Below the pieces are notes generated by a model. The model worked only from the letters and a program-made list of their open reading frames with translations. It was not told where the DNA came from and did no database searches. Of a DNA stretch of 64,000 bases, positions 46,389 through 64,000 are shown piece after piece. Position numbers and translations under genes: made by a program. The stretch's first letter is position 1; every line of letters starts with the position of its first letter. Origin of the DNA: the human T2T-CHM13v2.0 reference genome, Homo sapiens; the NCBI RefSeq assembly GCF_009914755.1, contig NC_060935.1. One strand, given 5' to 3'.

Positions 46389-47267
46389 TGACGAGTTACT
46401 GGGTGCAGCACACCAACATGGCACATGTATACATATGTAACAAACCTGCACATTGTGCACATGTACCCTAAAACTTAAAGTATAATTAAAAAAAACAAAA
46501 CAAAAAAAAACCAGAAACTGAAAGTGGAGGGATGGAAAAAGATATTCCACGCAAATGTAAACCAAAGAAGAACAGGGTTAGTTATATCAGACAGAACAGT
46601 ATAGATATTAAATCAAAAACTGTAAAAAAGAGACAAAGAAGATCATTATATAATGATAAAGGAGTCAATTCATCAAGAGGGTGTAACTTCTATAAATATA
46701 TTTGCACCTAACCTTGGAGAACTTAAATATATAAAGCAAATATTAAAATATCTGAAGGGTGAGATAGACTGCAATACAATAATAGCAGAAGACCTCAATC
46801 TCCAACTTTCAATAATAGACAGATCAGACAGAAAATAAATAACATTCGACTTGAATTACACTTTGAACAAAATGGATCTACAGATATATACAGAACATTT
46901 CTTCCAACTGCAACAGAATACACATTCTTCTCCAATGCATACAGAACATTCTCCTGGATAGATCATATGTTAGGCCATAAAACAGGTCTTAACAAATTTA
47001 AGGATGTTGAAATCCTATCTATGGAAAGTATCTTTTCTAATCACTATGATATAAAACTAGAAATCAGTAACAGGAGGAATTTTGGAAAATTGAAATACGT
47101 GGAAATTAAACAACATTCTCTGAACAACCCTTAGGTCAAAGAAGCAATTTAAAAAGGGAAATTTAAAAATATCTTGAGATAAATGAAACTGGAAACATAG
47201 CATAATGTAACATATGAGATGCAACAAAAGCAATTCTAAGAGGAAAGTTTATAGCAATAAACTCCTA

Positions 47268-47688
<421 letters not shown>

Positions 47689-48350
47689 CTAGAAAAATAA
47701 TAGAAAAGATCAACAAAACTAAGAGTTGGGTTTTTTGAAAAGATAAGCAAAATTGACAAACCCTTAGCTATACTATGAAAAAAAGAGAGAAGACTCAAAA
47801 TCAGAAATGAAAGAGAAGATATTACAGCTGATACTACAGAAATACAAAAGATCATAAAAGACTGTTATGAACAATTATATATCAAAGAATTGGATAATCT
47901 ACAAGAAATGGATGAATTCTTGGCAACATAGTACCTGCCAAGACTGAATCATGAAGAAATAGAAAATATGAACAGATCTAAGAGTGAGTAAGGAGATTGA
48001 ATCAGTGATCAAAAGTCAACCATCAAAGAAAAACCCAGGACCAGACAGCTTCACTGTTGAATTCTACCAAATATTTAAAGAAGAGCTAATGTCAATCTTT
48101 CTCAAATTCTTCCAAAAAGAGGAGGAAATACTTCCAAACTCATTTACAAGGCCAGCATTACTTTGATACTAAAGCCAGACGAGGACACTACAAAGAAAAG
48201 AAGACTACAGGCTAATATCCTTGATGAACACAGATATAAAAATCTTCAACAAAATACAGTCACAGTGGATGTATGTTTTGGAAAATGCATAATTAGACAA
48301 TTTCATCATTGTGTGAACACTGTAAAGTGCACTTACACAAACCTAGATGG

Positions 48351-48464
48351 TATAGCCTATTACACACCTAGGCTACATGATATAGCCTATTACACACCTA
48401 CGCTACGTGGTATAGCCTATTACACACCTAGGCTACGTGGCATAGCCTATTGCTCCTAGGCTAC
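48351..48464 (+). repeat. 30-bp tandem repeat, 3 full copies plus a partial copy
   Basis: tatagcctattacacacctaSgctacRtgR repeated at 48351, 48381 and 48411. Confidence 0.92.
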
Positions 48465-48575
48465 AAACATGTACATCATGTTACTGTACTGACTACTGTA
48501 TGTAATTATAACAAAATAGTAAATATTTGTTACTATCTGAACACCCAAACATTAAAAAAGTATGGTAAAAATGAG

Positions 48576-48609
<34 letters not shown>

Positions 48610-48891
48610 GTAAAATGGTGCACCTGTATAGGACACCTAAAATGAATGAAATTTGCAGAACTGGAAGTTGCTCTGGGTGAGTCAGTGAGAGATGAGTGAA
48701 TGTGATGACCCAGGACATTACTGTATACTAATGTAGACTTTATAACACTGTATACTTAGGCTACACTAAATTTTTTTCAAAAAAAATTTCTTTAATAATA
48801 AATTAACCTTAGCTTACTGTGACTTTTCTACTTTATACACTTTTAAGTTAATTTTTTTCTCTTTGACTCTTTTTAAATAACACTTAGCTTA

Positions 48892-49367
<476 letters not shown>

Positions 49368-49399
49368 TTACTTGTGTGGAGAATAAGCTTCTTGCAGGA

Positions 49400-49529
49400 G
49401 AAGAACTTGTAAGTAGTTTTAAAATGGAGAGTTTGGGCCCTACTCCTGACACAGTGAATCAGAATTGGCAAGAGAGCTGGAGTCTAATTTTTCATAAGTG
49501 AATTCTTAACGAAGGTTTAAAACCACTGG
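49400..49529. mobile_element. MER5-like DNA transposon remnant
   Basis: gggccctactcc...tgaatcagaat...aggtttaaaaccactg. Confidence 0.5.
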
Positions 49530-50509
49530 CCTAGGTAGAGGTTTACTCTCAAACACTGCCCTCTCAGTTCAATAATCAAAATCATTTACCTATTTATCTT
49601 AATTATTTTAGCCAGCATTTTACCTGTATTTGTCCTGCTATTACTTGAATTCAAGCTTCCTGCATCTTTGTCTAGTAAAAGGTAATTTTCTCTGCTCCTT
49701 ACTACTTCTTACCTCCACTCCCACCCCCTTACAATCCAAGGAGGTTCACCCTACCTTCATCTGTTCTTCCAGTCAGTAAAAATGTTACCATGCCAACATC
49801 ACATCTATGTCGTCCACTTGGCTGCACGTGGGAAGCACAGATTGGCTTATCCAGGGTTCATCCTGCAGCAGCAGGCCAGGGCAATCTATGGAACCTCATT
49901 TGTGATGAGGACTGGACATTATTATTAATTTTCCAGAACCAAGGATTCTGGAAGTGTAGGACATAATCTCATTTCACTCTAGCTATTGATTTCTCCCCAG
50001 CTGATAGGCTGGATTTGGGGATAAAGTTACTTTGCAAATAAGGGATAAAGTCTATCCTTTATCCTGGTAACAGAAACTTTTTGAAAGTACTTTTATCTCG
50101 CCATCCTAGCATTTAAATCCAATTAAGTTTCAGAAACATTTACTGAGTGCCCACTAAGCCCTATGCAAGTCTTCTTGCTGAAGATCCTTAAAGGAATTTT
50201 TACACTTTTTACATTTACTTTTTACATTCATGTTTTAAAAATTTAACATGCAATGCATTTTAAACAAAGTTATAGAGTTAGAGCTCTGTCTTTAAGTAGG
50301 GAGCCATGGATAATAGAAGCTCACTCCTCTAGGATTCTATTGGAAGTCATCAGAAAAATAAAACTTCTTCTATCTATCCACTACTCCTTCCATCCATCCT
50401 TCCTTCCATCTGACAAGAACTGTATGGAAGGCCCTGTGCTAGCTGCTGGGTATAAAATGATGAGCAAACAAATTTGTCTCCTGACCACTGGAAGTTTATA
50501 GCTTAGTAG

Positions 50510-51795
<1,286 letters not shown>

Positions 51796-52749
51796 AGTTC
51801 GAAGTGCTACATAAATATAATATTATATATAATATTAAATATGCATTAAATATAATAATTGCAAATTAAGTTTGATTCAAATAGTGGAGGGAATAACTAT
51901 CACTGTGCACAATGGAGAGGAGTAAAGACTTTTGAAATAAGAGGCAGGAGGCCTGAGTTCTAGTCCTGTCATTTCCACTGATTTGTGCCCATGCCCTGCC
52001 CGTGGGGCAGGGAGTCATTTTTCCCCTTGGCCTTGATTTGAGCTGATTAATTTATAGCTTCATGAACCTCTCAGTGTATGCTACTAGGAAAGGCAAAGCT
52101 GCAGAAATGCAGAGCTCAAGGGTCTCTTAAAAGCTAATCAATTCCATCTGTTCCCATGTCAGGCTTGCTGAAGAGATCTTTCTTTTCAAAGGCCTCTTAG
52201 GAGGCAATTTCTCAGCCTGTCTTGGAACCCAGTGCAGGGAGTTGTCTAGGAGTGTTCAGGAGTGGGCTGCAGGGGGCACACAAGTAACATCTGTATTGGC
52301 TAGAGTGCTCCACAAGCTGTGCAGGGAGGTTTCAAAATGTGGAGGCCATTAAACATCCTGACACCTACTTAAGGGGGCATCTTGGGAGCAGGAGCTCCAT
52401 GAAGTGTTTGGTGTGTACTTACAAGGCTCTGCCTGTGCAGGTCTGAAGAACCTGCCCAAGGTGCAAGCCCTGGCTTTCTTGCTGAGGCTCTTTAACATGG
52501 CACCTTGATGTGGCATGGAAATTCACAAATCCATTTCACCCCATGTCCCTGCAAGGGACTCTAGCCCTGAGACTGATGCACATAGACTCCTGCAGATACC
52601 TGTTGCTGATTTCATTCACTTTAGGAATGTGTTTGCTTTCTTGTGGTTGTTTGGGGAGAGGGAGCATATTTATGGGGACACACATAATTCAGAAATGCTG
52701 AGTTTTAACAATATAGGATTGAGGGATTTCAATATGGAACAAGGAAAGA

Positions 52750-52950
52750 CGTTGGAATAGAATAGATTCAGGTTTGAATACTGCTACTTGCTTGTCATAT
52801 GGCCTTAGGCAAGTCTCTGCCTCCTCTGAACCGCTTGTCTAAGGACAATAATGCACTCTCACCTCCTAGGACTGTTGTATGATTCAAAGATAATAAAGAC
52901 AACTTTATTATCTTTTACTGAGTACTGGCCACTCAGTAAAAGTAGGTGGT
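52750..52950 (+). mobile_element. MIR
   Basis: ggtttgaatactgctact...ggccttaggcaagtc...ctcctaggactgttgtatgattcaaagataa. Confidence 0.6.
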
Positions 52951-53359
52951 AGTAGTTGTTTTAATCATTGTTCCATTTCTGGAGCCCAAGCTCAACTTCC
53001 CACAACCGTCAGTCCACCACAACACAGTTCACAATCTGACAATTCTTCCTCTCACTTTTACCTTCACATCCAGCTCACCCTCACATACCACAGACTCCTC
53101 TTTCTTGGCCTCTTGGATTTCCATCTCTCATTTCCACATCTAGGAACTCATCAGGCTCTTCCCTCCTCATGCTTCGGTTAGTACTGTAGTTCCCTGTGGG
53201 CTCTCCTCTTTAGTCCTCTTGAGAATTAACATCCTCAAAACTTGCTTTGAAATTAGAGTCTACCCCACTGGAAAGTGCATCATGATCCCTGACCCAATCC
53301 AAACTCCTCACTTTGCCCTACATCCAACTTTACCTTCCCTACCCTGGCCAGTGGAGCCA

Positions 53360-53660
53360 TTACCCAGGAAATGTCCAGGGAAGAAGAGGGGCTTTCTTGT
53401 GATGAGGAAAGCTTTTCCCAGAAGTCCTGTGGCAAATCACCCTCACATTTCTTTGACCAGAATTAGGTCATATATCTACACCTAAAGTAATCACTGACAA
53501 GGAACCACAACACTATGATGGCTTGGATTTGAGACCTACTGGTTGATTCTGGGAAGGGCCAAGACTCCCTCAAAGTGCGTGACCATTTGGAGGAAGATGG
53601 ATAACTGAAAAAATTGGGGTTGTTAATAAGGAGGAAGGGGCAACCAGCAGTGTCCCTTAC
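53360..53660 (-). mobile_element. MLT1K/L-like MaLR LTR remnant
   Basis: cctcacatttctttgaccagaattaggtcatatatctacacctaaagtaatcactgacaagg. Confidence 0.55.
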
Positions 53661-54300
53661 ACTCCCAATCCTGAGAGTCTATGATTCTTGGCTTTTCCAG
53701 CCTATAGCCTTGCCTATGCAGTTTCTCCTGCTTGGAACTCATCCAGTAAATCTTTGTATGCCAGAGATTCTGATGGGCCATCTTCCCAATGTGAATCAAA
53801 ATCCTTCTCTCAAGGTTTAGATTAAGAACCAACAATTCAATGGAGGGATTTCCTCCTATAATGAATTACCTCATTACTTGCAAAGTAAACTAGACAACCC
53901 ATGCCACACTTCACACATTGGCTTATATTGGCTTAGAATTGTTCTCAGTTGAGCTGTAAACTCCTCAAAAACAGAGACCATCAATGAATATCCTTATTTC
54001 ATTTGAATCATACATGTACTTATGGTGGCCAACCACAAAGATGGTGCTTAACCAATGCTTGTTTAATTTAATAAGAAGACAGTCTGTATGCTCTTTCTCT
54101 GGTAGGTGCTTGAAGACACCATGCTTAGCACCATGGCAGATATAGGGAAGAACAATGCACAGCTCCTCCTCTCCTATAGCTTGTTTCAGGAGACGAGATC
54201 ATATACACTGTGTGAAGCTGCAGAAGTCCATTTTCCACCACCCACATTATTCTTTGTCCTTTTAATCTTTTCATATGTCCCCATCAGTAACCTTCTGGAC

Positions 54301-54413
54301 CACAGGTGTCCAACCTTTTGGCTTCACTGGACCACATTGGAAATAGAAGAATTGTCTTGGGCCCCATATAAAATATAGTAACACTAAAGATAGCTGATGA
54401 GCTTTAAAAAAAA
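54301..54413 (+). mobile_element. MER30 fragment
   Basis: ggtgtccaaccttttggcttcactggaccacattggaaatagaagaattgtcttgggcc...gatagctgatgagc. Confidence 0.85.
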
Positions 54414-54480
54414 TCTGAACAATGCTGACAACACCTCACTAGGGCACCCTGCCTGAGCCTTGTTTCCATCTCCAGCAAGC

Positions 54481-54978
54481 TGTATGGTAAACGTATCTGA
54501 TAGCAATAACTTAAGCATACCCTAAATGACTCAGTATGGCAGATGCACCTGAATGTCTTTTCTGAGCTAGGGAATCTGGAAGTGGCCAACCCAGAGATTC
54601 ATCCTTGACTATAAGGAACATCTGAGCCCCTGTCCCATCCTGTGGAACACAGGCCATACAGGGAATAGAGGCCCCGAGTTCTGGATTGAATGATGGTTGC
54701 CAGGTGGAGGTTGTTAGGGAAAGGTGGTTAAGTGAAAATGCTACATAAACTGCATGCTTTTTTTGTTGTTGTTGTTGCAAGCTGTTGCGGTTCTACTGTC
54801 CAGCCTGCCACCACTGGAACAGTGGTTCTCCTATCCAGTCTACCGCTACTGGACATTCTCTCTTACATGTTAGCCCTGTATGTAAGCCCCATGTCTTGAC
54901 CCAAGGCTCTGGGTCTCTTCTTTGGCCTCTTGAACCTGGTGCCACCCCCAGTGGAGTGGATAGGGGTTTGGTATGACA
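54481..54978 (+). mobile_element. Solo LTR (LTR47-like; family uncertain)
   Basis: TG...CA ends; agcaataacttaagcataccct...ggcagatgcacctgaatg...ctcttgaacctggtgcca...ggggtttggtatgaca. Confidence 0.6.
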
Positions 54979-56689
54979 CACCCCAGATAGGACCTTCTTG
55001 ATCTATTCCTTCACATCCCTCTATGAAACAAAACCAGTCATTCCTAAATCCAAATCCCTATGGGCTTGGGAAATGCTGGATTAAGAGTCTATAAGAAATC
55101 AGTTCATAGATAAAGATTTCAATGTTACCACTTCAGAGCACAAAGTAAATATGCAAGGGAAATTTACTGTAGGTACAATGGATTAACACAAGGACATGAA
55201 TATAATAATGCATCTTAGGGGCTGGCCAGCTGAGGTTCTTTTCTGGCAAGGCAACCTTCAATTTTCAATGATCCTTTACTCTTCCTCTACCCCAGAACAT
55301 TTGCACTGCTTGCAGTTTCTCTTAAGCCACTACTGAAGTGGCTGGCAAGATGGCCGAATAGGAACAGCTCCAGTCTGTAGCTCCCAGTGAGATCAATGCA
55401 GAAGGTGGGTGATTTCTGCATTTCCAACTGAGGTACCTGGCTCATCTCATTGGGATTGGTTAGACAGTGGGTGCAGCCCATGGAGAGCAAGGTGAAGCAG
55501 GGTGGGGCATCACCTCACCCAAAAAGTGCAAGGGGTCAGGGAACTCCCTCCCCTAGCCAAGGGAAGCCATGAGGGAATGTGCCATGAGGAACAGTGCACT
55601 CTGGCCCAGATACTATGCTTTTCCCACTGTCTTCAAAACCTTCAGACCAGGAGATTCCTTCCGGTGCCTACACCACCAGAGCCCTAGGTTTCAAGCACAA
55701 AACTGGGCAGCCATTTGGGCAGACACCAAGCTAGCTGCAGGTGTTTTTTTTTTCATACCCCAGTGGTGCCTGGAGTATGAAACACCAGTGAGAGAACCGT
55801 TCACTTGCCTGGAAAGGGGGCTGAAGCCAGGGAGCCAAGTGGTCTAGCTCAGTGGATCCCACTCCCACAGAGCCCAGCAAGCTAAGATCCACTGGCTTGA
55901 AATTCTCGCTGCCAGCACAGCAGTCTGAAGTTGACCTGGGACACTTGAGCTTGATGGCGGGAGGGGCATCTGCCATTACTGAGGTTTGAGTAGGTGGTTT
56001 TCCCCTCACAGTGTAAACAAAGCTGCTGGGAAGTTCAGACTGGGTGGAGACCACTACAGTACCACAAAGCCACTGTAGCCAGACTGCCTCTCTAGATTCC
56101 TCCTCTCTGGGCAGGGCATCTCTGAAAGAAAGGCAGCAGCCCCAGTCAGGGGCTTACAGATAAAACTCCCATCTCCCTGGGACAGAGCACCTCAGGGAAG
56201 GGGCAGCTTTGGGCATAGCTTCAGCAGACTTAAACGTTCCTGCCTGCCGGGTCTGAAGAGAGCAGTGGATCTCCCAGCACAGTGCTTGAGCTCTGCTAAG
56301 GAAAAGACTGCCTCCTCAAGTGGTTCCCTGACCCCCATGCCTCCTGACTAGGGTGGGGGACACCTCCCAGCAGGGGTCAACAGATACCTCATACAGGAGA
56401 GCTCTGGCTGGCATCTGGTGGTTGCCCCTCTGGGATGAAGCTTCCAGAGAAAGGAGCAGGCAGCAATTTTTGCTGGTCTGCAGCCTCCGCTGGTGATACC
56501 CAGGCAAACAGGGTCTGGAGTGGACCTCCAGCAAACTCTAGCAGACCTGCAGCAGAGGGGCCTGACTGTTAGAAGGAAAACTAACAAACAGAAAGGAATA
56601 GCATCAACATCAACAAAAAGGACGTCCACACAGAAACCCCATCTGAAGGTCACTAAAATCAAAGACCAAAGGTAGACAAATCCACAAAG

Positions 56690-57712
56690 ATGAGGAAAAA
56701 GCAGCGCAAAAATGCTGAAAATTCCAAAAACCAGAATGCCTCTTCTGCTCCAAAGGATCACAACTCCTTGCCAGCAAGGGAACAAAACTGGACAGAGCAT
56801 GACTTTGATTAATTGACAGAAGTAGGCTTCAGAAGGTGGGTAATAACAAACTCCTCTGAGCTAAAGAAGCATGTTCTAACCCAATGCAAGGAAGCTAAGA
56901 ACCTTGAAAAAAAGTTAGAGGAATTGCTAACTAGAATAACCATTTAGAGAAGAACATAAATGACCTGATGGACCTGAAACACACAGCATGAGAACTTCAT
57001 GAACAATACACAAGTATCAACAGCAGAATTGATTAAGCGGTAGAAGGGTATCAAAGATGGAAGATCAACTTAATGAAATAAAGCGTGAAGACAAGATTAG
57101 AGAAAAAATAATGAAAAGGAATGAAGGAAGCCTCCAAGAAATATGGTATATGTGAAAAGACCAAAACTATGTTTGATTGGTGTACCTGAAAGTGACGAGG
57201 AGAATGGAACCAAGTTGGAAAACACTCTGCAGGATGTTATCCAGGAGAATTTCCCAAACCTAGCAAGGCAGGCCAACATTCAAATACAGGAAATACATAG
57301 AACACCACAAAGATACACCTCAAGAAGAGCAACCCCAAGACACATAATTGTCAGATTCACCAAGGTTGAAATGAAGGAAAAAATGTTAAGGGCAGCCAGA
57401 GAGAAATGTCAGGTTACCCATAAAGGGAAGCCCATCGGACTAACAGAGGATCTTTCTGCAGAAACCCTACATGCCAGAAGAGAATGGGAGTCAATATTCA
57501 ACATTCTTAAAGAAAACAATTTTCAACCCAGAATTTCATATCCAGCCAAACTAAGCTTCATAAGTGAAGGAGAAATAAAATCCTTTACAGACAAGCAAAT
57601 GCTGAGAGATTTTGTCACCCTCAGGCCTGTCTTACAAGAGCTCCTGGAGGAAGCATTAAATATGGAAAGGAAAAGCTGGTACCAGCCACTGCACAAACAT
57701 ACAAAAATGTAG
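56690..57712 (+). pseudogene. L1 ORF1 (disrupted)
   Basis: ATGAGGAAAAAGCAGCGC start. The C-terminal 189 aa are open (ORF 57143..57712); stops and frameshifts lie upstream. Confidence 0.88.
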
Positions 57713-57775
57713 AGACCATTGACACTATGAACAAACTGCATCAACTAATGGGCAAAGTAACAAGCTAGCATCATA

Positions 57776-61925
<4,150 letters not shown>

Positions 61926-63199
61926 CAATGAGAACACATGGACACAGGGAGGGGAACATCACACACTGGGGCCTGTCGGGCGGGTGGGGGGTTGGGGGAG
62001 TGATAGCATTAGGAGAAATACCTTATGTAGATGACGGGTTGATGGGTGCAGTAAACCACCATGGCATGTGTATACCTATGTAACAAACCTGCACGTTCTG
62101 CACATGTATCCCAGAACTTAAAGTATAATAAAATAAAATAAAAAATAATTCAAAACCAAAAACAAAAAAAATAAGAAGCCACTCTTTTTAGACAAAACTC
62201 AATGTGAGCAAACAGAACATTTAGTGCATTGTACAGGTCAATGGGAGATCAAGGTTATCTGAGGAATGGTCCACTCAACTCCTGCTTATATGTACGTATT
62301 TCCTTCTCAGGGCTAGGAAATTCTCCCCACACCTATCCTTTTGATCACCATGGCTGTGATTGCCAGGGACAAAGGAGGAAAAGGACAGAGCCAGATAAAA
62401 AAGAAACAAAAGTCAGTTTGTTTAAATTGCCAGGGAATAATGCCTTTGGCTAAAGGAAGTCAGCCCAGAACATCCTGTTCTAGTTAATAAAGTTCATCTG
62501 TCTCCCATTTAAGTAAGGAAAACATAATGTCTGCATTTGTGGGGGCTGCTCAGCCATTGCCACCTTCACTCCCACCCAAACTCATGGATGGCTGAGGAGT
62601 GTCCGTCCTTTCCCCAGAGCAAGCTGCTCCTTCTGGATGCTAAAGTCCTAGGCAGGCCACATGCATTTAAGCACAAATTCACTTTTTCAGATGCAAATCT
62701 CAAAGCTTTCACTAAAAAAGTAAGCCAGTTCCCTCAGTGATTGAACTCTGTATAATTCAGACACAAAAATAAATGTTCCTTCTCTCCTCTACCTCTGTTC
62801 CAAAGTATTTCAGCAATGTGGGATCTAGATACAATTAACTTACTCCATGTGACATTCATGTCAAATAACAGCTGAACAACCTTATGCTTTGGAAGGACTC
62901 CTCCTCCTTCCACCTTCCTAAGATCTATTCCGGCATCAATTCCCAAGCCACGGCATCAAATAATCCATGACAGATTCTGGATTGCCCAGCTGGTCTTGTC
63001 TGGGAAGGTGCCCATTTGTGAATCAGAGCTCTCAGCAAAAAATGACACTTCTGCAGATAAGCCTGCAAGCTTTTTCTTGTCAGAAAATGAAAAGTATGTG
63101 TTTTCATTTACTTTTGCATTTTCCTCCCTTAAATGCCAGAAACATTAGAGGCAAATTTGTAGCCACAGTGCTCTAATCTGCAAGAAAAATGAAAGACCG

Positions 63200-63345
63200 T
63201 GAGGGTTGGAAGGAGCCCTGAGATCACCTACTAATATCCTCACTTTATAGATGAGGAAAGTGAGGCCCAGAAAGGGGGAGGGATTATAGGTCACGCTACT
63301 AGTTCATGACAGGAACCCATATTTCATGACTCCCAGCTCCTTCTA
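63200..63345 (-). mobile_element. MIR/MIR3
   Basis: cctcactttatagatgaggaaagtgaggcccagaaag. Confidence 0.7.
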
Positions 63346-63443
63346 CTAATGTACAGTGGGCCGTGGAAATGTCTTCTACTCCTGCCTCCTTCCGATGGTC
63401 TCTGTTCACTTTGCAGTGAGCTGCCTTTCACCATCCTTTTGTC

Positions 63444-63595
63444 CGGTGATTCTCAAAGTGTGGTCCCTGGCCAGAAGCATCAACATCACCTGGACTTCGT
63501 TGATACGTAAATTCTCTGGTCCCATCCCAGACTTGCTCAGTCTATTTTAACAAGCCCTCCAGGTGATTTTAATGCTCACTAAAGTTGAGATACTT
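63444..63595. mobile_element. MER5A
   Basis: gtgattctcaaagtgtggtccctggccagaagcatcaacatcacctgg...ttttaacaagccctccaggtgatt. Confidence 0.85.
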
Positions 63596-64000
63596 ACTTT
63601 AACCTGTTAGCTTCATCCAACCTATTCACAAGGGGATCAGATCCACCTGATTTCATAGCTCTTTTTCAGTTTGGCTGTTCTAGTTACCTAAGGCAGAAGT
63701 TCACTTAAGTTACCTCTGGAGAAAGAGTGTCTATTGTAAAGTTTTGACCAGGAACTGGAATGGAAAGCTGTCATGAACTGAGGCAGCTCTAGGGACCACT
63801 CTTTCTGTGTTTTTCCCTGTTTCTCTTCCATCTGCCCTTATCTCCTCTTTCCATAATATTCCTTTACTTCCAGGTCTATTACTTTCTGTTCCTTCTTAGC
63901 TGGCATTTGCCATTGGCCTACCACAACCTGACTCTAAAGTCTAAACCATGGTATCCTTTTTGCCTTAATTTTTCTTCCCAAGTGGAAAATTCTTTCTATA

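Noticed and set aside
48351-48464. CRISPR-like array of 30-bp repeats
   Set aside because: The units are contiguous with no unique spacers, and they sit inside a eukaryotic Tigger3 element.
50001-50100. GATA-like motif cluster and ggataaag/ctttatcc hairpin
   Set aside because: Only two true WGATAR matches in AT-rich DNA, compatible with chance.

Overview
Primate (very likely human) genomic DNA lying entirely inside the ME3 gene (mitochondrial NADP-dependent malic enzyme 3), which is transcribed on the minus strand. Three internal coding exons were read directly, with canonical AG/GT boundaries and matching phases: 23311-23386 (76 nt), 12480-12641 (162 nt) and 1857-1960 (104 nt). The next upstream exon was not found in the window. 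The rest is intron, dominated by transposable elements: 12 Alus, two decayed full-length L1s (L1PA4-like 40389-46510; L1PA7-like ~55334-62172), an old L1M split by later insertions, truncated L1PA2-like and L1PA8-like pieces, solo LTRs (THE1D, LTR8A, MER34, LTR16, MLT1), DNA transposons (MER20, MER53, MER2, Tigger3, MER102, MER30, MER5) and many MIR/L2 remnants. Subfamily names come from recalled consensus sequences, not from a database run. The most notable hypothesis is that the antisense promoter and ORF0 frame of the intronic L1PA4 point in the ME3 sense direction, and its retained splice donor is in exact phase with the next ME3 exon, predicting an in-frame L1-ME3 chimera. Other oddities are a probable gene-conversion tract between the two L1s, a 139-bp local duplication, a four-layer nested insertion, and a miR-1302-like MER53 hairpin. 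There are no prokaryotic features, and most ORFs in the supplied track are spurious or repeat-derived.
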